A program made the translations under genes and the position numbers. DNA of 62,937 bases, the filler included, from Octopus bimaculoides (Eukaryota): NCBI RefSeq assembly GCF_001194135.2. It is 5 parts of 5 records of this genome, joined end to end, with 100 filler letters (N's around TTAATTAATTAA, not from the genome) between each part and the next. Parts side by side here need not be neighbours in the genome. Positions count along the whole stretch, not along the records: positions 9,538 to 30,901 come from NC_068988.1; 4 more parts are not named here. The stretch is one strand, 5' to 3'. The notes below the pieces were generated by a model, which did no database searches, was not told where the DNA came from, and worked only from the letters and a program-made list of their open reading frames with translations. Below, in pieces: positions 10,537-23,452 of this stretch (its first letter is position 1; each line of letters opens with the position of its first letter).

Positions 10537-11408
10537 TGTGGTCTGATCAATAAGTATCCGGACTGTTGCCATAGCAACGAAGCTAAAGGACACAGAGTAA
10601 AGCCGCTTGATACAAATTGACCTTAAACTCTGCTCTGCATGTGCACTAAGTCTTAACGTTCTAGCTCACTTCCGCTGTTTACAGCAGTGCTTGGAAGGAA
10701 GATGTGTAGCGTGTGATCGTCGCATTGACAACGACAGAAAGTTGTGCAGAGAATATGCATCAAATTTTGCCAAAAGCTTGGTGATACCTGCTCAGAGGCC
10801 TACGCAAAATTTTCAAAAACTTTTTATCGTTCTCGACACAATCAAAGAGATCTTGTGCAACTGAAGCCCGAGTGTCTTTCTGGTCATCTGAAAGCAGTTC
10901 TGCCACAAACTTGGCAGACACGCTTCTCATACCCAAATCTTTTGTGATAATGGACTGAAATGAACCGTAACTAATCTCTACATCGTCTGATAACTCACGG
11001 ATAGGGATTCGACGATTTCCCGACACAGTTGCATGCATATATGCGATGTTTTTCTCAGTTCTGCTGTTTGCAGGTCGACATTTTTCGGCCATCTTGGAAA
11101 CGCCTGAACCACTCGTACACTTGTGCGCGTCTCATACCCTCCTCTACATATACTTTCTGCAACCTTGCGTAGGCCTCTGACAACTTTGTGTACGCATCTG
11201 ACAACTTTCCTTGTCATGGTCAATGCGACGATCACACGCTACACACGTTCCTTCCAAGCAGTGGTGTAAACAGCGAAAGTGAGCTAGAACGTTAAAACTT
11301 ATTGCGCATGCACAACAGAGTACAAGGTCAATTTGTGCCTAGCGGCTTTACTCTGCGTGCCTTAGCTTCGTTACTATAACAGTCCTGATACTTATTGATC
11401 AGACCTCA
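10537..11408. mobile_element. Non-autonomous mariner derivative with two inverted 5' ends
   Basis: ~190-bp inverted arms starting ggtctgatcaataagtatc. Transposase N-terminus on + (QRICIKFCQKLGDTCSEAY) and on - (EAYARLQKVY...VYEWFRRF; GMRSVSAKFV). Confidence 0.85.
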
Positions 11409-11428
11409 TATATATATATATATATATA

Positions 11429-11669
11429 CAGGGTGGGCCAAAAGTAGGTAACACTTTTAAAATTAACTTATTCGTTTTTTACAGGTACCGTGAATAATGT
11501 GCTGTGTGTTACAGTGTTCTGGGAGGCTTGATGAATGTTCCCATGTTGAAGGAGGATATTTCGACCATTTACGAGGTTAAACTGTGTTTCATAAATGTTT
11601 TTGTAATAAATGAGTGTAAAAGTAAGAAAATGAAAGAATTTCAAAGTGTATAGCTACTTTTGGCTCACC

Positions 11670-11672
<3 letters not shown>
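11429..11672. mobile_element. Tc1/mariner-type MITE (~244 bp)
   Basis: TIRs cagggtgggccaaaagtag / ctacttttggctcaccctg; TA on the left flank. Confidence 0.8.
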
Positions 11673-11722
<50 letters not shown>

Positions 11723-11724
11723 TA

Positions 11725-11875
11725 ATTCTAGGCAGTTTCCGTGTAACAAGTTCTCTCTCAAGTCATTGGTAGGTCCGAAGCTGTCGTAGAAGACACTTGA
11801 TCCAGATGCTGTGTAGTGAGACGGAACCCAAAACCACGTAATTGCGACGCGAACTGCGTAATTACACAAGTATGC
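11725..11875 (-). mobile_element. Diverged SINE fragment
   Basis: Reverse-complement similarity to the 7192 SINE head (gtagaagacacttg...ggaacccaaaaccacg). Confidence 0.55.
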
Positions 11876-13504
11876 CTACTCTTTGCATACCTAGGAATCG
11901 ATAAAAATAAATATTCATTACTTTTTCTCAATAGATATGCACCCTTACAGGTTCTTAAGCACTTGAAATTCGCAAACATGGTATTCTGAAAGATTGCCCA
12001 CTCCAAGCCACCAAACAAAATGCATATATACGTACATGTATATACATACCTACATCTACAAAATTTCAGTGTGCTGCCCCTTATCAATGTAGAGCAGCCA
12101 GACCCATATATATATATATATAATTTTTCAAAGTAAACTTTGTAATCGTTACCAATATAGCATGAGATTTCACCTCAAAAAATCTAAATTAGACTCCTTA
12201 AGGATCGTTCTCCTTGTTTATATATCCAAAGTTTTTAATTTTTACATTTAAGAAAGAGATTTGACGCCGATGTTTATATCCATGTATTTAATCCGATGTT
12301 AGCATTTCTGTATACAGCTACATTTGACCACCAAGTATAAGTCAAATTTATCAGTTGCCATACACTTCATCAGGAATAACTTTCTTTAGAACACCCCCCC
12401 CCCAAACACATAATGAATTAATCGAACAAAATCAAAAATTCAAAATTTAAACTCCATACCGCATTCCCAGCGTTAACCGGTCTAATATAATTTTTCTCTT
12501 TTTATAACTAATTCCAATAGGGGAGGTAACTCCTTGCCATATTCTATGACTATTACAATTATTACTAAAATTTCTAATATTAATTATTCAAGGCACATAA
12601 ATTATATTATCCTAGGAGCCACTGCAAAGCCCACAATTACTATTGGCAAACCGAGCATTGATATACCTGCCTTAAAGTCCAATATTATACTACATAGTAC
12701 TATAAAATATGAACCATAAATAAATTATAAATAATAAATAACGTTCTATTGCAATAGGAATAATTATTTCTAGGAGTTTTTTCCAAATCCCACATATGCT
12801 ATATTTAAGTTATATATTAATACATTAATATTGCCTGCTTTAGGACCTAATATTATATTCTATGCACTCCATGTTATAAATTATAAACAATCCTCACCAG
12901 AATGGAGATCCATAGTGTGCCATCCTACCTCTAGGATTTTATTCAAAACCGGCAATTACTATTGTCAAGTTATACACGTATATAGCCTGTTTTAAGATCT
13001 AATAACACACTATATTGTACTACAAGGTATAATTATAATTAACTCTCCATTATAATTTAATCCATACTAAATTGTGCCTAGATGTTAATGGCAAAATTCC
13101 AGCCGCTTCTTGTAACTTTAAATAAATAAATATATATATATATATATAATAAAGTAAAGTTGTGGAATACCGTATGAGTNNNNNNNNNNNNNNNNNNNNN
13201 NNNNNNNNNNNNNNNNNNNNNNNNNNNNNNNNNNNNNNNNNNNNNNNNNNNNNNNNNNNNNNNNNNNNNNNNNNNNNNNTATTTATTTATATGCGCACAC
13301 ATATGTTTACATGTTTTTTGTGTGTGAGTGCGTTCGCTTTGGAAACTGGTTAATCACTTCAGTTCTGTATAGAATACAAATACCGGGAAAGCGATACAAA
13401 AACAAGAGATATGTTGAAATAACAGACAGGTATATAGACAGCCAGGTAACAAATAATGGAAGACATTTATTAAAATATAGAATTAAAGAAATACATGTAC
13501 GTAC

Positions 13505-13922
13505 ATATCAAAATCTGCATTCGTGTAACATCGGAAGCATGTTCAGGTGAAGTTATTGCTTGATTGAATATTCTTTGTGGTTTCGTTCTATAGACAATTT
13601 TAACATCTTGTACGTCTTCAAGCACTTTTTTCCACCAAAGCCCTTTCGGGATTTGATCACAAATCACATAGATATTAGCATCAGGTATTACTCGTCGGAT
13701 GCTGAACACACTCATGTAATTCACAAACGTNNNNNNNNNNGCAGTTTTTACTTTCCATGTGTCCTCGTTGGTGGTTTTCAATGAGCCATAAACTTGTTGC
13801 ATTATTTCCATGTTATCAGGTATCCTGCATAGATTGTACAATAGCGTGTGACTTAGAATATAAATCCCCATGGAAGTACTAATTATACACAGAACAAAGA
13901 AGTATTTTAGTACCATTCTCAT
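13505..13922 (-). CDS. First coding exon of a GT32-type (alpha-1,4-glycosyltransferase-like) type II membrane protein
   Basis: ATG at 13922 and a hydrophobic signal-anchor. Then FVNYMSVFSIRRVIPDANIYVICDQIPKGLWWKKV...IFNQAITSPEHASDVTRMQIL, the segment that precedes GGxYxDxD in this family. Donor GTACGT at 13504. Contains a 10-N gap; later exons not found. Confidence 0.7.
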
Positions 13923-13969
13923 TGTGAAGTCCGGTTTGTTTCAGTGAGAATGGAGTTTCTTGGCTGATG

Positions 13970-14053
13970 GAAGAATGTGTGTGTGCGTATGTGTATGTGT
14001 GTGACTGTGTGTGTATGTGTATGTTTGTGTGTGTGTATGTGTGTGTGTGTGGG

Positions 14054-14099
<46 letters not shown>

Positions 14100-14642
14100 A
14101 AGAGAGAAAGAAAGAGAGAAAGCGAGAGAGAGGTGTACATAGGATATTGAAGGCAGGTAGGAAAATTAAGAATGAGAAAGAGATAGTAAGTTTGTGTATG
14201 AGTTGTAGAGGGAGGGTGGCAATTAGGTAAATGATATTGTGGTGTAGAAACAAAGCTTTTGACCGGTTCGAAAGTTCTGTGAAGCCTGATAGGAATAAAG
14301 GAGTGTTTTCTTGTTTTTTTTTCTTTATATTTAAAATGAAAATGTTGGATGGTAATGAAACGAACCGAGAAAATATGAAGAAAGAAGAAAGAAAGAAAGA
14401 AGAACAAGAAAAAGAAAGGTAAGCAAGAAAAATACAATACAAAGAAAGAAGGAAAAGAAGTGAGAAAGAAAATGTCTGATAGAAGAAAACAAAGAAAATA
14501 AACAAAACAGAAAGAAGTAAAGAGAAAAGAGGAAAAATAAACAAACGAACAAAAAGAAGGCTCAGGTATTGATAAAAGAAAAGCAGAGAGAAAGTGAGAG
14601 AGAGAGATAGATAGAAAGAGAGAATGAGAGAGAGAGATAGAT

Positions 14643-14683
<41 letters not shown>
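13970..14683. repeat. TG/GA microsatellite and purine-rich low-complexity tract
   Basis: Direct reading. Confidence 0.85.
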
Positions 14684-15360
14684 NNNNNNNNNNNNNNNNN
14701 NNNNNNNNNNNNNNNNNNNNNNNNNNNNNNNNNNNNNNNNNNNNNNNNNNNNNNNNNNNNNNNNNNNNNNNNNNNNNNNNNNNNNNNNNNNNNNNNNNNN
14801 NNNNNNNNNNNNNNNNNNNNNNNNNNNNNNNNNNNNNNNNNNNNNNNNNNNNNNNNNNNNNNNNNNNNNNNNNNNNNNNNNNNNNNNNNNNNNNNNNNNN
14901 NNNNNNNNNNNNNNNNNNNNNNNNNNNNNNNNNNNNNNNNNNNNNNNNNNNNNNNNNNNNNNNNNNNNNNNNNNNNNNNNNNNNNNNNNNNNNNNNNNNN
15001 NNNNNNNNNNNNNNNNNNNNNNNNNNNNNNNNNNNNNNNNNNNNNNNNNNNNNNNNNNNNNNNNNNNNNNNNNNNNNNNNNNNNNNNNNNNNNNNNNNNN
15101 NNNNNNNNNNNNNNNNNNNNNNNNNNNNNNNNNNNNNNNNNNNNNNNNNNNNNNNNNNNNNNNNNNNNNNNNNNNNNNNNNNNNNNNNNNNNNNNNNNNN
15201 NNNNNNNNNNNNNNNNNNNNNNNNNNNNNNNNNNNNNNNNNNNNNNNNNNNNNNNNNNNNNNNNNNNNNNNNNNATGTAACATGGGTCGTTTCGCTTTCC
15301 TGGAGGCCTTCTGACAAATTTTCGCTTATTAGAAGGCGAAACGACCCACGTTACACGTGG

Positions 15361-15655
15361 GGATACACAAAAAGTGATGGTTCAAGAAAGTTGGTTAAAA
15401 CTGACGGTAACTTGATAAGTGCCAAATACATCCAGTTGATGAAGGATAATTTGATACCAGACTTGGATGGAGGTGAGATTTTTCAGCATGACGGAGCTCT
15501 ATGCCACAGATCACGTGAAACACATCAGAATCTGACTGATAAAAGTGTTACCGTATTGAAGGATTGGCCAGCTCAGAGCCCTGACTTAAGTATCATCAAG
15601 CAAATGTGGACAGAATTAAAGAGAAAAGTCCGTCAGAAGAATCCACAAACATGTA
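15361..15655 (+). pseudogene. Tc1-family transposase C-terminal fragment
   Basis: FQHDGALCH...DWPAQSPDLSIIKQMW. There are 35 residues after the second Asp, and the catalytic Glu position is Lys. Confidence 0.85.
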
Positions 15656-16026
15656 GATACATAGACATATAGAAAGATAGATAGATGGATAGACGGACAG
15701 GCAAATACAGAAAGGGAGAGAGACACAGAAGACAGACAGACAGACAAAGGAACAGACATGCAGAGGGACTGAAAGAGAGATGTTGGGGGAAAAAATGCAA
15801 TTCTGAATGAAAATTTAGTAGGTAGGAATGTGTATGTGTGTATATATCAATTTATCTGTGTGTCTGTCTTATGTATATAGATAGTTAGATATAGAGCATA
15901 TAATATTTTCCTTTCTCGAGGAATCAATATATGGTCACAAATAAAATTATACGTGTTCAATGCATAATATTTACATAACACTTACATGTATCAAGTTGCG
16001 CGCGCGCGTTTGTACATATATGTATA

Positions 16027-18760
16027 CTAACAGAGGCACCCGGCGTTGCCTGGGAATGAAATTGTTCCTTATATATTGGAAGAAAAATGCAAAGTATGTT
16101 GTATAGAAATTTGTTATTCTAAATTCAATTTATTCTTCTATTGGGATACAGTTTATTCTCCAATTGGGAAATCAATTCTGAATTCATAATTCAAAAGAAA
16201 AATAAATAAATAAATAATGATAATAATAATAAAGCGAAAATACAAAATTTACCCCTTTTATGAAGGAAGATAAATTATATCACAAGCTGAAGGAAATTAT
16301 GCAAGAGCTTTTGGGTAAACATTCTTTGTTTTCTGGTTTGGAGCATAGACAAATAAGCCTTGAAAACTACCAACCCTGGAGCAACCAACATAAAGTTGAC
16401 CACGAGAAAAGCAAGGCTCAATTAAGTGCAAGCCAGTAGATTTCAAAGTCTCACCTTGAGCTTTATTAATAAACATTGCGAAGCAAAGTCGAACTGGGAA
16501 TTGTGTTCCTTTGAACTCAAATGGCATGTCTATTGGTTTGATTGGTATTCTTGGAATGAAAACCTCTTCCCCAGTGGCACATCCAGTAATAATGGTAGCT
16601 TCTATCACATTAGGTGATAATGTCTTCATAATCAACCTTGTCCCATCGCATAATTTGAGAGGATCTAAATATCTTAGAAGCAAGACTTCTACCTTCAGAA
16701 AAAGTTTATGTGGAGGAGTTCCAGGTGGCTCAAGAGAATTAAAGAACTCTGTTGTGCAACGGACAGCTTGATTTTCATCAAGGACTGAATCAATTGATTT
16801 CTACTCCTTAATGACTGTAGGAATCTTATTCATTATTTCATGGTTAATCCTTGTTATTGTCCCATCTTTTTTTTAGTAAGAATTACCCTTTCACAGAACC
16901 ATTTGTGTGAATTATAATTATTACTTAAGTCTGGAAATACCCTGTTCTTCAATTCAGCTGTGAAATTTACCACGATAGCAATATGAACGAAATTGATATC
17001 AACATTCCCATCAAATGGTACTTTCCCATTTCCTAATTGGAGGAACAAGGTTGAAAGCTGTTCTGCACATTAGTATTCATGAAATAAAGCTCGCACGTTA
17101 GTATTGAAGGAAAATTTCTGTACTTTATTCCATCGGCAAGAAGACTTAATGCATGCTTTTATTTCATCAAATCTTGTTCGTCTCGGAATGACTGATAATG
17201 CCTGTCTGAAGTCTCCTGATAAAACTAATGTAACTTCCTCCATAGATTTATTGTTGCCTCTTATGTCTTGTAAGGTCTTATCAAGATCTTCCATTGCATC
17301 TTTGTGACATGGTGCATTCATCCCAAATGATCAGGTGGTATTGGCGCAGCACTTCTGCTGAACCTGAAACTTTGCTTATATTACAAATTGGACTGTCATT
17401 TGTGACCAGGTTTAGCGGTAATTTAAAATCAGAGTGAGCTGTTCGTCATCCTGGGAGAACGGTGGCAGCAATGCCAGACGGTGCTACAGCAACTGAAATT
17501 ATTTTTTGTTACCTTACCTTGGAGAGAAGCTATGTTGTTACAAATGTTTTACCTGTGACACCAGGAACATCAAGAAAGAAAATTCATCCGCCTTTTTCTC
17601 TGACTGACGAAATAATGTTATCATATGCACAATGTAGTTTTGCAAGAAGTTTAGGTTCGTGTTCATTCACAAATACAGCAGACTCTGTGATGTCATAATT
17701 TGTTTCTCTTGCTATGTGTCTTGGAGTTAAATCACAAATTTGACGGTTTATTTTTGGCAGTTCAGAGCCAGACTCTTGCAAAATTTTGCCTCCCATGGCC
17801 AAAACTCGATCCTCAATTTCAATCAGTGCTTAGTTAAGAATTGTTTCAGAGTACTGAATATTGCTATCTGGGTTTGCCTGTTGAAATGCATACTTTAAGT
17901 CCTAAGTCATGTCTGCACACTGTTTCATCCAAAACCGTAGGGGACTGCCAAGATGGCACATGTTCAGTATAATTGCAAAAAGGTTACGGAGTTTCCTTGG
18001 AGATTCTGATACCGATGCTTCAGTCAATGTACGGTCCTAGTGCGCATCATTTTCTAAAAAAACTCTTGATAGCATACTTCCTTATAAGGTTTACACATAT
18101 GACCATTTACCCTCCTCGAATTTTGGAATGATTTGGGACCCCGTATTTCATGCCAAAGGAGCCGTAAGTAGTAGAATTCTGTTTGGCTTGGGTGGACACT
18201 GTAAACTCTTGCAAGCGTTTCAGCTCGACGTTACCTCTTGTGCAATTTATTGTTTATCCAGGTGTAATACTTGGGTAATTGTGAGTAAAGGAGCTTTTTC
18301 TTGCGTCTTCATCTACTTGATACAACTTCAAAAAGGCAGTAAGTGTAGTTTCTTTTGGAGAAAGTGCTTGTTGCAAGGTTGTTTGTTTTGTAAAGATAAC
18401 CATGGGGCCACTCTCTAGATGGACACTCAGATGAATACTAGCTGGGTGCCTCTCATGAAAGGGAAAATTGAAGATCCGCCCAAAAGCCTCATTGGTACTG
18501 ATGTATCTTCCTCTGTCAAACTGCGGAACTTCATTTTTATTTATCTGCTGACTGCCATTCTGCATAACAGTGTATGTTGCAGCAGCTAAACCTTTGTTTA
18601 TATATTTGAAACCATACTTAATAGACTTAACAAAGTTGCAGAAGTTAACATCGACTCTGGCTACCTGTACTCGTTTTCTCTTCACTGTAAAATACTGATC
18701 ATCTGCATCTTCGGAAACTTTATTGAAAAATAGATTAAAATGGAGACTAAAGGAAAAAAT
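16027..18760 (-). mobile_element. Helitron: fragmented Rep/PIF1-helicase ORF plus 3' terminus
   Basis: KSIKYGFKYINKG...RYISTNEAFGRIF (Rep region); LSGDFRQ and QFPVRLCFAMFINKAQGETL...GQLYVGCSRV (helicase). Hairpin cccaggcaacgccggg, then TTAG/T at 16027. Confidence 0.9.
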
Positions 18761-18999
18761 GTGTTACGTGGATATCTTCACAAGAGTGACTGAAAAAAAT
18801 GGCGACTGTGGAACGCTGCAAGTATGCACATACACACACACACACACAGAGACACATATACATACAGTATCAAACATCAGATGAAATGGATGTGTGTGAG
18901 AGAGAGAGAGAGAGAGAGAGCGAGTGAAGGGGTGCGTTGTCATGTATACGCACATAAATAAATATGCATACATCTTCTTTGTATGTGTGTGCGTGCATG

Positions 19000-19071
<72 letters not shown>

Positions 19072-19585
19072 CCACTTAAAATCACACTCTTTCTCTCACT
19101 CACACATACGCGCACACACATACATACAAAAAGATGTATGCATCTGTATTTATGTATGTACGTATACATGACAACACACACTCTCTCTGTCATGCGCACA
19201 CATACACACACAAACCCATACACATACATAAATGTGTACAAACCTACATACAAAAACGCACGTATGCATGTATGACTGACAACAAGTACATAGAGCTGAA
19301 TATGGCGTGCAAAAAGTAAATAAATAAAAAGTTTTTAGTGAAATTAACGAAATATGCGGGTTCAAGACAAATTTGTGAACTTAGTAACTATTTCTTCCAG
19401 TAATCTATCGTAGTTGTTTGCAAATAGCGAATTAAAACTTGATATGAAAATATTGAAATAGAGAGTGAGAGGTTTCGCAGATCAAAACGGAAAATTTCGC
19501 CTTTGCTACGTCAATACCGGAAGTTCACATTTAGAAACTTTTTCAAAGAAGTGAATCATATATATATATAAAGCAATATTATTTA

Positions 19586-20200
19586 TCTCTCTATATAAAA
19601 AATTCTTTGTCTCTTTGTCTGTCTGTTCGCAATGCATTCTCAAACGGCTCAACCAATTCAAACCAAATTTTACATGGCAGTACTATCAAACCCCATGAGT
19701 GTCAATATGTAATTTCTTTCGTCATTTGGATTAAAACAATGCAACATTGACACTGGTTCGGTATTATGTGCCAAAAGTCAAAGAATAAAGGTGAAAGAAT
19801 AAGATCTATATTGCAATGTGATATATTGTTTCACTTTTATACTTTTACTTTTAATTGTAACCACGACGACGACGTGACATTTTGTATATGCCTGTGTATC
19901 TGTCTGTGAATGTATGTGTGTGTGTATGAGTGTGCATATCTCTTACAGATATGCCTGTCTTTCTGCGTTAGTTACGTTATTAAACATACTCAGTGTGAGG
20001 GCTGGTCAGTGTCAATACGACATTTTTTTTTAATTTCATTTTCATTCCGATTAAAACAATATCACATTTCATAGAGATAATCTTTGTATTGTCAACGGGA
20101 CATTTTATAGCACGACGATAACGACATTACGTTTTGCATATGACTGAGTATCTGTTTGTGAATGTATGCGTGTAAGTGCCATGTGTAACATCCTAAATGT
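19586..20200 (+). mobile_element. Probable non-autonomous Helitron/DINE-like 5' end with an internal duplication
   Basis: TC start, ctatataaaaa, (tgtc)n, aaacggctcaaccaatt. Blocks ~19720-19920 and ~20030-20170 are similar to each other. Confidence 0.45.
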
Positions 20201-20626
20201 TACATAAATACAACATATACTTTTAGCAATAAAAAATACATAGATCCTACCATGTAATCTTTTCTCGATAGAGTGACAAAGGAATCACCCCTGGAACCCA
20301 AATCATTAAAGACAAGCTTTCAACCTGGGATATCCTGTGAATAACCTGTTTATTTTAGTGGCTATAGTAGTAGTTTCGGTTCTTATTGATTGCTTTGTTG
20401 GCCATGTTATTGCTTGTCTCTTTATGACATCGACTACAGAAGATGGAACCTTGGCAAAATGTAGTGAAGGAAAGATGTCACATCGCTTCCTATAGAGCAG
20501 CTTTGTTGATAAGGAAACACTTGTCAGAGACCCCGATTTCTTTCTTTCCGCCTGTCTTCTTTTCAGTCACCATGTTCTTTGATTCGCAGTGGTCCTGGAG
20601 AAAACGGCTTATATATAACATTTAGG

Positions 20627-22800
20627 CAGGGCCAGATTAAGATCCTTAGAGGCCCTTAGCACTTAAAAATTTGGTGCCTCCATACGATTGTAATGGAAAA
20701 ATAAACAATAATAAACCTGAAAATAACATTTATTTTAGCGAAAATTCAAAATTATATAAAACTATCTGCTTGCAAGTAGAAAATATTCATATCTAATGAT
20801 TAAATAATTTTTTCTTATTTTTCTTCTGAGCAAAGTCTTTGATCAGATTTTCATAATTAATCTTTCTCAACACATTTGCTTCTATTATTAATAGAGATAA
20901 GGCATTTAGCCTACCTTGTTGTATTGCTGTCCTGAGAGGGATTTTGATATATTTCAGTCGTGAAAATGAACGCTCAGCTGAACAATTTGTGATCATTAGT
21001 GTTAGAAATGTACGAAAGGTAATATCTACATTTGGAAAGGCACACTCAATATTGTCTATTAATATAGTTTTATAAAGTTCAGCATGACTGAATCTAGTTT
21101 TTCTATTTTCTGTTGCACTGATCTTATGACGCACATATAAATGAAACTGTTGAAGCTCAGCTGAGAAATTACTGTTGAAGTCCTCGGGGTAAGTGTCAAT
21201 CAGGTTTTGACAACATTGAGAGTAGTTCTCAGCGTTAGTAGATGTTGAAGAGGCATTACATGGTACACTACATAGAAAAGAAAACTTTTTCGCAAGTATT
21301 TTGTATATCTCTTCTCTTCTTTTCATCTCAGTTGCAAGTTTGTCAACAATTCTTAGAAAGGTGGTGACACGAAAATTATCTCTAGCATTCGGTTATACGT
21401 CTGGTACATCTCCGTCATTGGGTAGCTTCTTTCTGATACGTTTGAGAGTTGCAGTTGCCTTGTAATCAGCATCTGGTAACATTTCCTTGGCATCTTTTTC
21501 ATATTTTTCAAATTCATCTCGTGAGGTGCACAGTTACTGGGTCCTCAAGTGGTCCAGTAAGCAACATCATCAGCAGAAAAATCAAACCACAAGCCTGGAA
21601 ATTACTCATTTTTGCATTAGAATTAGAAGATAGCTACAAATTTAATTCATTTCTTCATTTCAATGGTAAATCCAGCTATGCGGCAGTGTGGTTGCCAACC
21701 CCGCGTCCATTGAAGAGATGGTGCCCCTATTTCCTTGGTGCCCTTAGCACGTGCTTATTTTGGCATGTTATGTAGGTTTTAGCTACATGTCTCTTTTGGT
21801 TCTTCGGTAAGTGAGTTGTAGCTATCAGCTAATGTAGCATTTTGAATTCAGTGCTCTCTGGTCTTTTGAACAGTTTGACGAAGGATACCATATAGAACAT
21901 AAGCTTTCTTTACTAATAGCCAACTAACAGGTCTGCATTCGATAATTTGGTAAAAAGTTTCATCGGTGATATATGTTTCGAGAGAAACATTTGAGCACTG
22001 TGCACTATTCACGGCCTAGCTCATTTAACCACGTTGCTTCATTGTTGTTGCTTGTTTTACTAGCAAGATCATTACTCTGAAATAACACAAGCCCATTCTA
22101 AGGGAGGAGGAGCCGATCATTTTTCATGCTGTGTACATCATGTGGGTTTAATGTGATTAATAGTCCTATGTACTTGTAATTTCTTACCACAAAGCTCTTG
22201 ATTTCACACTCGCAGTTCATGTTTAAGGACATTTAGCTTACCGGTGAGTGTCACTTGTCCACAGCTACCGAAGACTTCGGATAATCGATCATGTAGTCGC
22301 AGCTGGTGGTTTATGAATTTATTCAGTTTACATTTAATAATCTAATTGTCCAGGTAAATTTATTGATATTTTTTTTAAGAGGGTTGACCCATTATAATTG
22401 TGTTTGTTCATTCTGTCCAATTTATGTTATTCCCATCTGCTGACGAATGGTATTTACTCTAAAATAGGGCACTCAAGGTTCCAGAGTCATGATATCAAGT
22501 TGGTAGGATTTTGATAGAATCCAGTCATAATTATTCTTTCATTCAGTGGTTTATTGATGTAAATTTTATGTATGTATATATGTATGTACGTCTCTTCTGT
22601 ATTTAATCATTTAAATTCTTCTTCGGGGTGGGGGATTATTTCTAACAAAGCTCCATCTTTGAAATGTATGTCATGTCATGAAGTGACCAGTGGTTTCGCA
22701 TCTGTAAAGGGCTTAACCCTATGGACGACTCGTCAGACTCTAAAGCTGAAGGTCATATGGTTCTTCAAACCTCGGACGTAGAAATCCATTACAATCAGTT
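20627..22800 (-). mobile_element. hAT transposon remnant
   Basis: Dimerisation domain FPNV...TNCSAERSFSRLKYIK...RLNALSLL (20793-21326). Terminal cagggccagatt at 20627; the other end was not seen. Confidence 0.85.
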
Positions 22801-23270
22801 AGTTAATATGCTTCTTCTTTTTTTTTCAGTAGGTTTCTTTCTTTTTTACTTACTAACTGACCNNNNNNNNNNNNNNNNNNNNNNNNNNNNNNNNNNNNNN
22901 NNNNNNNNNNNNNNNNNNNNNNNNNNNNNNNNNNNNNNNNNNNNNNNNNNNNNNNNNNNNNNNNNNNNNNNNNNNNNNNNNNNNNNNNNNNNNNNNNNNN
23001 NNNNNNNNNNNNNNNNNNNNNNNNNNNNNNNNNNNNNNNNNNNNNNNNNNNNNNNNNNNNNNNNNNNNNNNNNNNNNNNNNNNNNNNNNNNNNNNNNNNN
23101 NNNNNNNNNNNNNNNNNNNNNNNNNNNNNNNNNNNNNNNNNNNNNNNNNNNNNNNNNNNNNNNNNNNNNNNNNNNNNNNNNNNNNNNNNNNNNNNNNNNN
23201 NNNNNNNNNNNNNNNNNNNNNNNNNNNNNNNNNNNNNNNNNNNNNNNNNNNNNNNNNNNNNNNNNNNNNN

Positions 23271-23301
<31 letters not shown>

Positions 23302-23452
23302 TGTGGTTATGTTTATATGTATTGAATATTTACGCATACGCTTATAAATATCTCTCTGTATCTGTACATATATGTAGGTCACAAGAATATCTCTCTGTAT
23401 CTATACATATATGTAGGTCACAAGAATGTAAGTCTTTGCGTATGTAGATGTA

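Noticed and set aside
23345-23430. 39-bp tandem duplication; also a ~34-bp duplication at about 6997-7065 and a 20-bp one at about 38475-38520
   Set aside because: Ordinary slippage duplications with no further structure.
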